This document shows positions 25,730-34,278 of a DNA stretch of 64,000 nt, one piece after another (within the stretch, counting starts at the first letter, position 1; the number at the start of each line of letters is the position of its first letter). Below the pieces are notes generated by a model that had not been told where the DNA came from, searched no databases, and saw only the letters and a program-made list of their open reading frames with translations. Location: assembly GCA_038729485.1 (NCBI GenBank), contig JAVYRX010000001.1, forward strand, positions 44,890-108,889, read 5' to 3'. The DNA comes from Thermoplasmatales archaeon (GTDB taxonomy: Archaea; Thermoplasmatota; Thermoplasmata; Thermoplasmatales; GCA-001856825). Both the position numbers and the translations under genes were made by a program.

Positions 25730-26319
25730 TGGTTTCAATTGTCCTGAGCGGGGTCGGAGGCCAGGGGGTCATAACTGTCGCGAACGTGATGGGGATGGCC
25801 GCAGTGAAGGAAGGGAAGAATGTCCTGATGACAGAGCTACACGGAATGGCGCAGAGAGGGGGAAGGATATTGGTCGAGTTGAGAATTGGAGACTTTAGGA
25901 GCGCCATTATACCTTCGGGCAGGGGCGACGTCCTTCTGGGATTCGAGGAGCTTGAAGCTGCCAGAAATTTGTACAAGATAAGAGAAGGCGGAATAATAAT
26001 AGTTAATAAAAGAAGGATACATCCTTTGCCTATGATAGTGGGTGTCAACAACTATCCTGAGGAATCGCTGAAAGAGCTGGAGAGGAGAGGTGCCTATTTC
26101 ATAGAGGCTGATTCACTTGCACTGGAACTAGGAAACAAGAGAGTCGTTAACACAATTATGAGCGGAGTACTCTACTCAACAGGGATCCTGGGCCTAAAGG
26201 AGGAGTCAATAAAAGCATCAATTAAGGAGTCTCTGAACAGCAAATACTGGGACGTTAATGTAAGGGCATTTGAGGCCGGAAAGGGTCTCATATCCATAGG
26301 CCAACAAACGATCGCATGA
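25729..26319 (+). CDS. iorB: indolepyruvate:ferredoxin oxidoreductase beta subunit
   Basis: 196 aa. GVGGQGVITVANVMG...ELHGMAQRGG. Confidence 0.85.
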   Translation: MVSIVLSGVGGQGVITVANVMGMAAVKEGKNVLMTELHGMAQRGGRILVELRIGDFRSAIIPSGRGDVLLGFEELEAARNLYKIREGGIIIVNKRRIHPLPMIVGVNNYPEESLKELERRGAYFIEADSLALELGNKRVVNTIMSGVLYSTGILGLKEESIKASIKESLNSKYWDVNVRAFEAGKGLISIGQQTIA

Positions 26320-27161
26320 AGATAAGCATAATAGGGGCCGGCGCAATGGGAATTGCGCTAGCGTATTTTTTAGGGAAGAGAAACGAAGTTTATCTTACTG
26401 TGAAAAAGGGTAAGACTGAACTATTTTCAGGCCTGTACGTCATTTTCAAAGGAGAAAGGCATGAGGTAAACGCTCACGTATCAGACCATTTGGAGAAGGG
26501 AGACCTGACTATAATAGCGGTAAAATCATATGATCTAGAATCCGTTTTTCAGGAATACGAGATAGGAGGCAACGTTCTCCTAATTCAGAATGGACTCTCC
26601 CATCTTGAACTTTCTAAGCCCGGCATGAATATCTTCTATGCGGTTACCACGATAGGTGCTAGGAGAATATCTGAATGGGTTTCTGAGATAACGGGTGTCG
26701 GTTACTTCAAGGTTGGAGGCCAAAAAATGATGGAACTTTCCTTCTTAGACGGTAGCGGAATTGATGCGGAATGGGAAAGCGACATAAAAAAGGAGATTTA
26801 CAGGAAGGCGGCAATAAACGCAATCATCAATCCCCTGACTGCGATATTCAGGGTGGAAAATAGATTTGTCGTTGAGGACCCTAACATCAGAGAAATTTCA
26901 ACGCTTGGGATTAGGGAGCTCTCCGATCTCTTTAACAAAATGGGATATGAATTTGATATAAAAAGGGACGTTGAGGAAACTTGCTCAGTCACGGGAAGAA
27001 ACCTGAGCAGTACACTTCAAGACATAATGATGGGAAGAAAAACGGAGATAGATTCTATAACGGGGGAAATTCTTAGGCTGGCAGATAGGTTTGGCATAAA
27101 CATGCCGATTAATTCCTTGCTTTACAATGCGGTGAAGTTCCTGGAAAAAGGTCAGAAGTGA
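26316..27161 (+). CDS. panE: 2-dehydropantoate 2-reductase (ApbA/PanE family)
   Basis: 281 aa. MKISIIGAGAMG Rossmann start. The ApbA_C region has SSTLQDIMMGRKTEIDSITG. Confidence 0.8.
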   Translation: MKISIIGAGAMGIALAYFLGKRNEVYLTVKKGKTELFSGLYVIFKGERHEVNAHVSDHLEKGDLTIIAVKSYDLESVFQEYEIGGNVLLIQNGLSHLELSKPGMNIFYAVTTIGARRISEWVSEITGVGYFKVGGQKMMELSFLDGSGIDAEWESDIKKEIYRKAAINAIINPLTAIFRVENRFVVEDPNIREISTLGIRELSDLFNKMGYEFDIKRDVEETCSVTGRNLSSTLQDIMMGRKTEIDSITGEILRLADRFGINMPINSLLYNAVKFLEKGQK

Positions 27162-28561
27162 TCTCCGTGAATCCTGACAGGATACCTTCCCGTAAGACAG
27201 CCCAGGCAAAGTTTTCCCTTTCCGAGACCTATCGCCTTGACTAGACCGTCCAGGGAGAGATACCTTAGACTGTCTGCTCCTATGCTTTCGCATACCTCTT
27301 CCTCAGTCCTATTCGATGCTATGAACTGCGCCTTTGTCTTCATATCAATACCGAGATAGCACGGATATCTGACAGGCGGGGAAGCTACCCTCACGTGAAC
27401 CTCCTTTGCGCCGTTATCTTTCAGTAACTTGACGATCCTCCTCATTGTGTTTCCACGTATAATGCTGTCATCTACCAATACCACTCTCTTTCCCTCTATG
27501 AGCTCCCTCACGGGATTCAACTTTATGTATATTTCATGTTCCCTTCCACTCTGCTCGGGCATTATGAACGTCCTATCGATGTACCTATTCTTTATCAACC
27601 CTTCCGTGAATGGAATGCCTGACTCTTCCGCATAGCCCATCGCATGAGACCTGCCTGAGTCTGGAACCGGTATCACATAGTCCGCCTCAACATTGCTCTC
27701 CCTCGCAAGCATCTTGCCCAGTTCGTACCTTACTGCAAACACGTTCCTCCCGTCCATGATGCTGTCTGGTCTTGCAAAGTATACGTATTCAAACATGCAG
27801 TGAGCGTCCTTCGCCTCGTCTGCGAAACGGTAAGACTTGAATCCGCCTTTAGTTATTTCAACGATTTCGCCGGGCAGCACATCTCTCAACATCTTTCCGC
27901 CGAGCTGGTCAAAAACAACACTTTCAGAGGCTCCACCGTATCCATATTCGGTTGTACCGATGACAAGCGGCCTTATGCCGTTCGGATCCCTCGCGACGAA
28001 TACCCTGCCGTTTATCATGATGTCTAGGGAATATGCCCCAATGAGCTTCTTGAAAGATGCACTGATGGCCTTTATGGGATCTGAAGATCTAGATAGCTCT
28101 ATTGAAAGGAGCTTGAGTATTACCTCTGTGTCTGAATTTGTGGAGAATGAATAACCCTTGCTTTCAAGCTTTTCCCGAATTTCGGGCGCGTTTACAATCT
28201 CTCCATTATGCCCAATAGAGATCTCATATTTTCCTATGTTCGCATAAAGAGGCTGAGCATTTTCTATCACAGAAGAACCGGAAGTGCTATATCTTATGTG
28301 CCCTATTCCAAGACCATCGTCTCTTTCAAGCTTGATACCGGAAAATACCTCATTTACCAAGCCCATTCCTTTAATTGTCTTTGCCTTTCCATTCAGGATC
28401 AGTGATATTCCGGCCGATTCTTGGCCCCTGTGTTGTATGATTCTGAGAGACTGGATCAGCCTGTAACCTACGGGAACACGTTCTGCTAGGGCCACTATCC
28501 CGCAGAACTCACCTGGTCTTTGCCCAGTTGTAGCTTCTGATCCTTGGGTCTGGATATCCAC
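27152..28561 (-). CDS. purF: amidophosphoribosyltransferase
   Basis: 469 aa. Ntn Cys in ...GEFCGIVA after a 19-aa leader, RGQESAGI, PRTase loop VVLVDDSIIRGNT, and C-terminal Cys cluster residues. The GTG start at 28561 is the only start codon upstream of the nucleophile Cys. Confidence 0.9.
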   Translation of the reverse strand: MDIQTQGSEATTGQRPGEFCGIVALAERVPVGYRLIQSLRIIQHRGQESAGISLILNGKAKTIKGMGLVNEVFSGIKLERDDGLGIGHIRYSTSGSSVIENAQPLYANIGKYEISIGHNGEIVNAPEIREKLESKGYSFSTNSDTEVILKLLSIELSRSSDPIKAISASFKKLIGAYSLDIMINGRVFVARDPNGIRPLVIGTTEYGYGGASESVVFDQLGGKMLRDVLPGEIVEITKGGFKSYRFADEAKDAHCMFEYVYFARPDSIMDGRNVFAVRYELGKMLARESNVEADYVIPVPDSGRSHAMGYAEESGIPFTEGLIKNRYIDRTFIMPEQSGREHEIYIKLNPVRELIEGKRVVLVDDSIIRGNTMRRIVKLLKDNGAKEVHVRVASPPVRYPCYLGIDMKTKAQFIASNRTEEEVCESIGADSLRYLSLDGLVKAIGLGKGKLCLGCLTGRYPVRIHGDHF

Positions 28562-28670
28562 AGTGCGAGCACCTTTTCTCTGTTACGTTATAAGAGTGGT
28601 GACCACATCTTCTGCACTTTATGTGAACTTTTATCCTTCCCATCTTTCCCATAGAGGGTGTTCCTCTCAT
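28509..28670 (-). CDS. rpl37e: 50S ribosomal protein L37e (eL37)
   Basis: Not in the ORF track (53 aa). My translation is MRGTPSMGKMGRIKVHIKCRRCGHHSYNVTEKRCSHCGYPDPRIRSYNWAKTR, with a C-x2-C-x11-C-x2-C zinc ribbon and the GTPSxGK start of L37e. Its ATG follows the Sm gene TAG directly. Confidence 0.85.
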   Translation of the reverse strand: MRGTPSMGKMGRIKVHIKCRRCGHHSYNVTEKRCSHCGYPDPRIRSYNWAKTR

Positions 28671-28907
28671 CTATATCGCCTCCGACGGTGAGATGTAAAC
28701 CACTACGTCCCCTCTAACTATCATGAGCGGAAATGTCCCGTTACTTTTATTTTCTACTACCTCTTCAGCGTTCTTTATAACCAGGTTAAGATGCTGATCG
28801 TAACCATCTAGGATACCCCTGTATTCCCTATTCCACTTTACTTTGACTAAGACATACTGATTGAGACTGCTGCCCAGTATGTTCAGGGGGCGAAGCTTTC
28901 CATCCAT
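28671..28907 (-). CDS. Sm-like archaeal protein (LSm/SmAP)
   Basis: MDGKLRPLNILGSSLNQYVLVKVKWNREYRGILDGYDQHLNLVIKNAEE...MIVRGDVVVYISP shows the Sm1/Sm2 motifs. I use the internal ATG at 28907, which has a TATA-like AATTATATA about 20-30 nt upstream, instead of the track start at 29003 that overlaps mtnP. Confidence 0.85.
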   Translation of the reverse strand: MDGKLRPLNILGSSLNQYVLVKVKWNREYRGILDGYDQHLNLVIKNAEEVVENKSNGTFPLMIVRGDVVVYISPSEAI

Positions 28908-28996
28908 GTGCCCACATTCGTACCTCGTATATAATTGTGAGTGCACGGGAATTAAGCTATGCAATACATTTTTAGGAAAAACCGTATACTGAAGCA

Positions 28997-29770
28997 ATGG
29001 CAAAGATAGGACTAATAGGCGGTTCCGTAACCGGCAGACTTCTTGAGAAGTCTGAGCAGGTTAACGTTACTACGCCTTATGGCGAGACTTCTTCTCCTAT
29101 TGAGATAGGAAAAATTGAAGGAAAAGAAGTTGCGTTGCTCTACAGGCACGGGATAGGACATACCATTCCTCCGCACAAGGTAAATTATAGGGCCAATATA
29201 TATGCGCTAAAGGAGCTGGGAGTGGAGAGAATTATTGCAATTTCAGCAGTTGGATCCCTTCAGAAGGACATAGAGCCTGGAACGATTGTTATACCGGATC
29301 AGTTTTTTGACTATACTAAGGGCAGGAATTATACGTTCTTCGACGGCCCAAATGTTATGCACATATCTTCGGCGGATCCTTTCTGCCCGGAGCTCGCAGA
29401 AACATTCCACAAGGTTCTGATAGACATGAAGATAAAATCAAGAAAGGGGGGGACTTACGTCTGCATAGAAGGACCGAGGTTTTCAACGAGGGCGGAAAGC
29501 AAGTTTTTTAGAGGAGTCGGGGATATAATCGGAATGACGCTCGTACCGGAGATAAACCTGGCAAGGGAAAAGGAGATGTGCTACTTGACGCTTGCAACGG
29601 TCACGGATTATGATGTCTGGGCTGACATACCTGTAAACTCCTTAGAGGTAATGAAGGTCATGAAGGAAAATGAAGAAAATGTGATGAACGTCGTAAAGAG
29701 GGGTGTTGCATCCATACCGGAGAATAGGGGATGTAGCTGCGGCCTTGTATTGAAGGAGGCAGGGCTTTGA
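28997..29770 (+). CDS. mtnP: S-methyl-5'-thioadenosine phosphorylase
   Basis: 257 aa. IGLIGGS...FLxRHG-like (LLYRHGIGH), PHKVNYRANIYALKELGVERII, GMTLVPE. Confidence 0.85.
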   Translation: MAKIGLIGGSVTGRLLEKSEQVNVTTPYGETSSPIEIGKIEGKEVALLYRHGIGHTIPPHKVNYRANIYALKELGVERIIAISAVGSLQKDIEPGTIVIPDQFFDYTKGRNYTFFDGPNVMHISSADPFCPELAETFHKVLIDMKIKSRKGGTYVCIEGPRFSTRAESKFFRGVGDIIGMTLVPEINLAREKEMCYLTLATVTDYDVWADIPVNSLEVMKVMKENEENVMNVVKRGVASIPENRGCSCGLVLKEAGL

Positions 29771-30987
29771 AGGCGAAATTTCTCGGCGGAGGAAACGAAG
29801 TCGGCAGGCTTGGAATGACGCTCTCGACAGGAAGATATCAGTTCCTGTTTGACTATGGAATGAATCCGACAAAACCGCCCTCTTTTCCGATGCTGTCTCC
29901 AAAGGTCGATGCTGTTTTCGTCACCCACTCCCATCTTGACCACGTAGGCATGCTTCCGTGGATAAATAAGGTAGGCGGTGCGAACATATACGCAACCCCG
30001 CCAACACTATCCGTCATACCGATATTGCTGTATGACGCTGTGAAAATAGCCAACATAGAAGGAAACAAGCTTCCTTATGAGGAGGAGGATGTTGACAGCA
30101 TCATAGAATCTTTCACTGCCATAAACTACGGAGAAAAGATGGAATTCAAGGATAACGAAATTTCGTCTCATTCGACAGGGCATCTCATAGGCAGCAGTAT
30201 GTACCTCATTGAAAACGACAGAAAAATTCTTTTCACTGGAGACATACAAAGCATAGACACTCACCTTCTTTTCGGCATAAAGCCAGTGGATACTGACATC
30301 CTTATAGTCGAGAGCACTTACGCTGGGAAAGAGCATCCGCCTAGACAAAGCGTGGAGGAAAACTTCCTCTCATCCATAAATAAAGTCGTTGAGGGGGGAG
30401 GAGTTGCAGTCGTTCCTGCATTTGCAACTGGAAGGGCACAGGAACTCCTGATGGTTCTTGAAAATACCGATTACGAGATCTGGCTGGACGGAATGGCGAG
30501 AACAGTGTCGAATGTTCTCCTCAGCTTTCCAAGGTACATTAAAAATTATCAGAGATACAGAAAGATGCTTAGGAGAGTGAGAATGGTAAGATCAAAATCT
30601 GACAGGGACAGGGCCCTCAGAGGAAACGTGATCATAACTACAAGCGGAATGCTTGATGGGGGCCCTGTTCTGAATTACATATCACAGCTGAATGAGCCGA
30701 AGAATGGTCTATTCCTGACCGGATACCAGGTTGAAGATACAAATGGCAGGATGCTGCTAGAAACGGGGAGCATAGACCTTGCTGGAGTAGGCACCAAGGT
30801 CAGCATGGACGTTAAATTCTTCGATTTCTCCGCGCATTCTGGCCACAGGGAACTCGTTGAGTTCATAGAAGGCTGCAGACCGGATAAGGTGGTACTGATG
30901 CATGGAGAAAAGAGGGAGGATCTTGCGAAGGACCTTACCAAAACGCAGGTTATACTCCCCAAAAACGGAGAGGAGTTTGAAATCTGA
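29767..30987 (+). CDS. metallo-beta-lactamase / beta-CASP family ribonuclease (aCPSF2-like)
   Basis: 406 aa, TTG start overlapping the mtnP stop. HSHLDHVG, IVESTYAG, FSAHSG and LMHGE motifs. Confidence 0.8.
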   Translation: MKAKFLGGGNEVGRLGMTLSTGRYQFLFDYGMNPTKPPSFPMLSPKVDAVFVTHSHLDHVGMLPWINKVGGANIYATPPTLSVIPILLYDAVKIANIEGNKLPYEEEDVDSIIESFTAINYGEKMEFKDNEISSHSTGHLIGSSMYLIENDRKILFTGDIQSIDTHLLFGIKPVDTDILIVESTYAGKEHPPRQSVEENFLSSINKVVEGGGVAVVPAFATGRAQELLMVLENTDYEIWLDGMARTVSNVLLSFPRYIKNYQRYRKMLRRVRMVRSKSDRDRALRGNVIITTSGMLDGGPVLNYISQLNEPKNGLFLTGYQVEDTNGRMLLETGSIDLAGVGTKVSMDVKFFDFSAHSGHRELVEFIEGCRPDKVVLMHGEKREDLAKDLTKTQVILPKNGEEFEI

Positions 30988-31924
30988 CTCTCATGTAAGG
31001 GATAGAATAGTGGAGATACTATTCTCGGGACAGATGAGCCAGAGGGAGATAACTTCAGTTTCTCATGCCTCCAGATCCAGAGTTTCAGAAGTACTGAAAG
31101 ATCTCGAATTAAAGGGTTTCGTGAGGAGGCATAGAGTAGGTGGAAGAACTGTATATGTCTCACTTGATCCTGATAAGACGCTGAGGATCGGTATACTTAG
31201 AAGTTCAGAATATTTTCACGTGGTTGCTGCCATGCTGGCTCTCGAAAAGGAGCTTCTCGTGAGGATAAAGGTTTATGACAACAGCCTGGAAGCGCTCAAA
31301 AACCTGCTGTTAGGTGCGGAGGATTTGGTTACGAGTCCCCTGGTGTCCGGATACTTTTTCCATTTGATAGATGGCAACGTTAAACCGCTGGCTGCAGTCG
31401 CTAGAGGGGGATCCGGCATAATATTCAAGAGGGATTCTGGTCTGATTGGAACGACGCCTCTCTCTTCCATGGATAGGGAGTCCATGAAGGCTGAGAGATA
31501 CAGGAGAGCTTACTTCAGAAGCGTTGAAGAAATATTGAAGGCATACAGAGATGATCAGATAGATGCAGCGTCAATATGGGAACCTTTTCTCTCCATGGAG
31601 GGTGGCATTTCGGCCAAGCCTGAGGATGTCTGCTGCTGCATATTTTCCAATAAGGCTACTTCGAAGGCAATGAAAGAATTTCTCAACAGCTATTTTTTGA
31701 GTTTGAGAGAAGGGGCGGATTGCAAGGAAAGAAGGGTCGTATGCAGTTCGCTTGCCTCGATATTGGGAGTAAGGATCTCCGACGTAGAGAAGAGCCTTAA
31801 ATCATATGAATTCACCAACGAGATGGACAGGAAAGACGCAATTGACCAAATTTCCAGATTTGGATTTCCTGTTGAAAAGGGGGTTGATCTCTTCCTTGAG
31901 AAATGTCCCACGGTTTCCGTATGA
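30977..31924 (+). CDS. winged-helix transcriptional regulator with C-terminal solute-binding-like domain
   Basis: wHTH is VRDRIVEILFSGQMSQREITSVSHASRSRVSEVLKDLELKGFVRR. The track ATG at 30902 lies inside the upstream gene. I prefer the TTG at 30977, with GTG 31010 and ATG 31034 also possible. The C-terminal domain is not assigned. Confidence 0.5.
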   Translation: MKSDSHVRDRIVEILFSGQMSQREITSVSHASRSRVSEVLKDLELKGFVRRHRVGGRTVYVSLDPDKTLRIGILRSSEYFHVVAAMLALEKELLVRIKVYDNSLEALKNLLLGAEDLVTSPLVSGYFFHLIDGNVKPLAAVARGGSGIIFKRDSGLIGTTPLSSMDRESMKAERYRRAYFRSVEEILKAYRDDQIDAASIWEPFLSMEGGISAKPEDVCCCIFSNKATSKAMKEFLNSYFLSLREGADCKERRVVCSSLASILGVRISDVEKSLKSYEFTNEMDRKDAIDQISRFGFPVEKGVDLFLEKCPTVSV

Positions 31925-33698
31925 ACCGTATCCCTGGCAGAGCTACATAATCGATCAGATAAAGAGAGACGACAGACAGAGCATCATGATAGATAGCCCA
32001 ACCGGTTCCGGAAAAACAGCCGCCGTCCTGTATGCAGTATCCACAAGATTCCCAGATAAAAAGATAGTTTTCCTCACAAGAACCAACTCGCAGGTTGAAA
32101 ATGTACTGAGGGAGGCCAGAAATCTTGGAATTGACAAAGTGATGACCTTTTTCGGAAGGGGGGAGATGTGTCTTTTTAGAACAGAAGCACCGGATATGAT
32201 CCAAGGAACGCCGGAAGAACAGAGCAATTACTGCAGGATCCTTGTTGAGAGAAATAGCAAGGGCCTTGGAGGATGCCCTTACAGAACTGACGGTCCGGAA
32301 GAATGGCCTGAAAATATCATGTCTCAACAATGTTTCCTGGAGCTTGGGCGGGATAGGATTTGCCCGTATTATGCCCAAAAAAATTTAGCCAGGGACGCAA
32401 CGGTGATAGCGACAAGTTATTCCTTTTTCCTGAATCCTTTTATAAGGAGCAGGTTCCTTAGCTGGATGGAAGCAGAATTAGACGATATCATCGTGATAGC
32501 TGATGAGGCGCATAATGTTCCAGATCTCACGAGGAATCTTATGTCCATGAAGCTAAGCCATGCCTCTATAAGCAACTGCAGAAAGGAGGTGGAGCAGTTT
32601 GGCGACTTTCAACTTAACAAGGTCAGCACTTCGTTCATCATGGACTCTCTTGAAGAGGCAATGGAGATTCTACTCGGCGAGGGGGACAGGATAATAACTC
32701 AGTCTGAGGTTAGCGAGGCCTACATGGAAGCATTCCAGATGAAATCAAACGATATAAAAAACCTCCTAAACCTCCTTGCCGGATATGGCCTATCGATACG
32801 CGAACAGAAGGAGAATGACGGAAAACTGCCTAGAAGTCACGTCTACAATACCGCCCTCCTGGCCCTAAGCATGATGGAGGGAGCAGAGGAATACAGTGTA
32901 ATAATATCCCATACGGAAGAGCCCTCATCCCTCGTGTTGACGAACCTTGAGACATACAAACTGCTGGACTTTTTCAGCAAATCATTCAGATCGTATTTCA
33001 TGTCTGGAACGCTAACTCCCTTTAGCAAATTCATTGACGAAGTTGGACTTCACAGTCCCGGGGAAATAACTGTCAGAGCCGATTATCTAGAGAGGAACCT
33101 GAAGGTATTTTTCGTAAGGGACGTAACCTCAAAGTTCACTATGAAGGACGAGGCTTTGGAGCGGATGAAATCGTACGTGAAGGATTTGGTGGAGAGAGTA
33201 CACAGGAACAAGATAATATTCTGCACTTCCTACGAACAGCTCAATTCCTTCCTTGAGCTGGAGATGAGGGGGAAGATCTATTTCGAGCGGAAGGGTATGG
33301 GAAACGAGGAGTTTCAACATCTCATTTCTGACTTCCGTTCGAAGGGAGGGAACCTCTTTGCAGTTATAAACGGCAGGCTTTCAGAAGGCATTGACCTTCC
33401 AGGAAAGCTGGTTGAGGTTGCAGTTGTCGCAGGAATACCGTACCCTCCGCCGTCGCCTGAAACATCTGCACTCGAGCTTTTCTTTGAAATGAAATTCAAG
33501 AGGGGCTGGGAATATGCATATGAAGCGGTAGCCTCCACAAGGATAAGGCAGGCAATTGGCAGAATCATAAGGGGTCCAACTGACAGGGGCGCAGCAGTGA
33601 TACTCGATTCGAGAGCTCGAAAATTCAAGGCGAGCCTCCCTAACCTATATTTGGCAGACGACGTTGTGGAAGAAGTAAACGCCTTCCTTGGTCAGTAG
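31896..33698 (+). CDS. xpd: XPD/Rad3-family 5'-3' DNA helicase (DEAD_2, FeS-cluster domain)
   Basis: DSPTGSGKT, LTRTNSQ, four Cys (MCLF...NYCRI...GGCPY...ICPYY), DEAHN, GRLSEGID, IGRIIRG. Collinear with T. acidophilum XPD as I recall it. Start is uncertain: track ATG 31806, or in-frame TTGs at 31872/31884/31896. I use 31896, just before FPYEPYPWQ. Confidence 0.85.
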   Translation: MRNVPRFPYEPYPWQSYIIDQIKRDDRQSIMIDSPTGSGKTAAVLYAVSTRFPDKKIVFLTRTNSQVENVLREARNLGIDKVMTFFGRGEMCLFRTEAPDMIQGTPEEQSNYCRILVERNSKGLGGCPYRTDGPEEWPENIMSQQCFLELGRDRICPYYAQKNLARDATVIATSYSFFLNPFIRSRFLSWMEAELDDIIVIADEAHNVPDLTRNLMSMKLSHASISNCRKEVEQFGDFQLNKVSTSFIMDSLEEAMEILLGEGDRIITQSEVSEAYMEAFQMKSNDIKNLLNLLAGYGLSIREQKENDGKLPRSHVYNTALLALSMMEGAEEYSVIISHTEEPSSLVLTNLETYKLLDFFSKSFRSYFMSGTLTPFSKFIDEVGLHSPGEITVRADYLERNLKVFFVRDVTSKFTMKDEALERMKSYVKDLVERVHRNKIIFCTSYEQLNSFLELEMRGKIYFERKGMGNEEFQHLISDFRSKGGNLFAVINGRLSEGIDLPGKLVEVAVVAGIPYPPPSPETSALELFFEMKFKRGWEYAYEAVASTRIRQAIGRIIRGPTDRGAAVILDSRARKFKASLPNLYLADDVVEEVNAFLGQ

Positions 33699-34237
33699 GG
33701 AACGCTTTTCACCTTCATCTTGTACCCGATTATATTTACCGCCCTGTGTATCAACGGCGTTACCACGAGTATAGAAATCGCCCCCTCCCATGTGAATATC
33801 CTTACAGACTCTGGGTAGAAGATCAGGTAAAAGAAGCCTAGAGCAAATAGGGCAAAAGGGTACTGATCCAGGAACAAGCTTTCAGAGCCTGGAGCCTTTC
33901 CTATCCTCCTCTTAATGAAGGAACCCGCCAGATCCCCGAACATGGAGAAAAAAGACAGCGTAGAGACCATTGGGAACGCCAACAAGAAATCGGCGGAAAA
34001 TGTAAGTTCTCTAATGCCAAGAAGGAGGAATAAATAATTGATGATGATGCCGGATAATATTCCAACTGCCGCCCCTCCAAGAAATCCCGACCAAGTCTTG
34101 TGATCGCCGAATATCCTCTTCCCCCTCCAGCTCTTGCCTCCGTCTATTACAAATCTTCCTCCCGTCAAGACGGCGCTTGGATTCGCTATGAAGGCAGGAA
34201 TGAACAGTACTAGAGACGTGATGAAGGAAGGAATCAT
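33692..34237 (-). CDS. carS: CDP-archaeol synthase
   Basis: 181 aa. GDHKTWSGFLGG, MFGDLAGSFIKRRIG and C-terminal KSVPY parallel A. fulgidus CarS (GDGKTWRGF, MFGDLCGSFIKRRFG, KEVPW). Confidence 0.85.
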   Translation of the reverse strand: MIPSFITSLVLFIPAFIANPSAVLTGGRFVIDGGKSWRGKRIFGDHKTWSGFLGGAAVGILSGIIINYLFLLLGIRELTFSADFLLAFPMVSTLSFFSMFGDLAGSFIKRRIGKAPGSESLFLDQYPFALFALGFFYLIFYPESVRIFTWEGAISILVVTPLIHRAVNIIGYKMKVKSVPY

Positions 34238-34278
34238 CGGAGCAAAGTTTCAGGAACAATATAACTGTTTCCGCAACC

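Noticed and set aside
28908-29003. 32-codon N-terminal extension of the Sm protein ORF
   Set aside because: It overlaps the divergent mtnP start and precedes a TATA-like box. The Sm fold starts right after the internal Met at 28907.
31812-32378. 188-aa minus-strand ORF within xpd
   Set aside because: It is antisense to a helicase with all conserved motifs.
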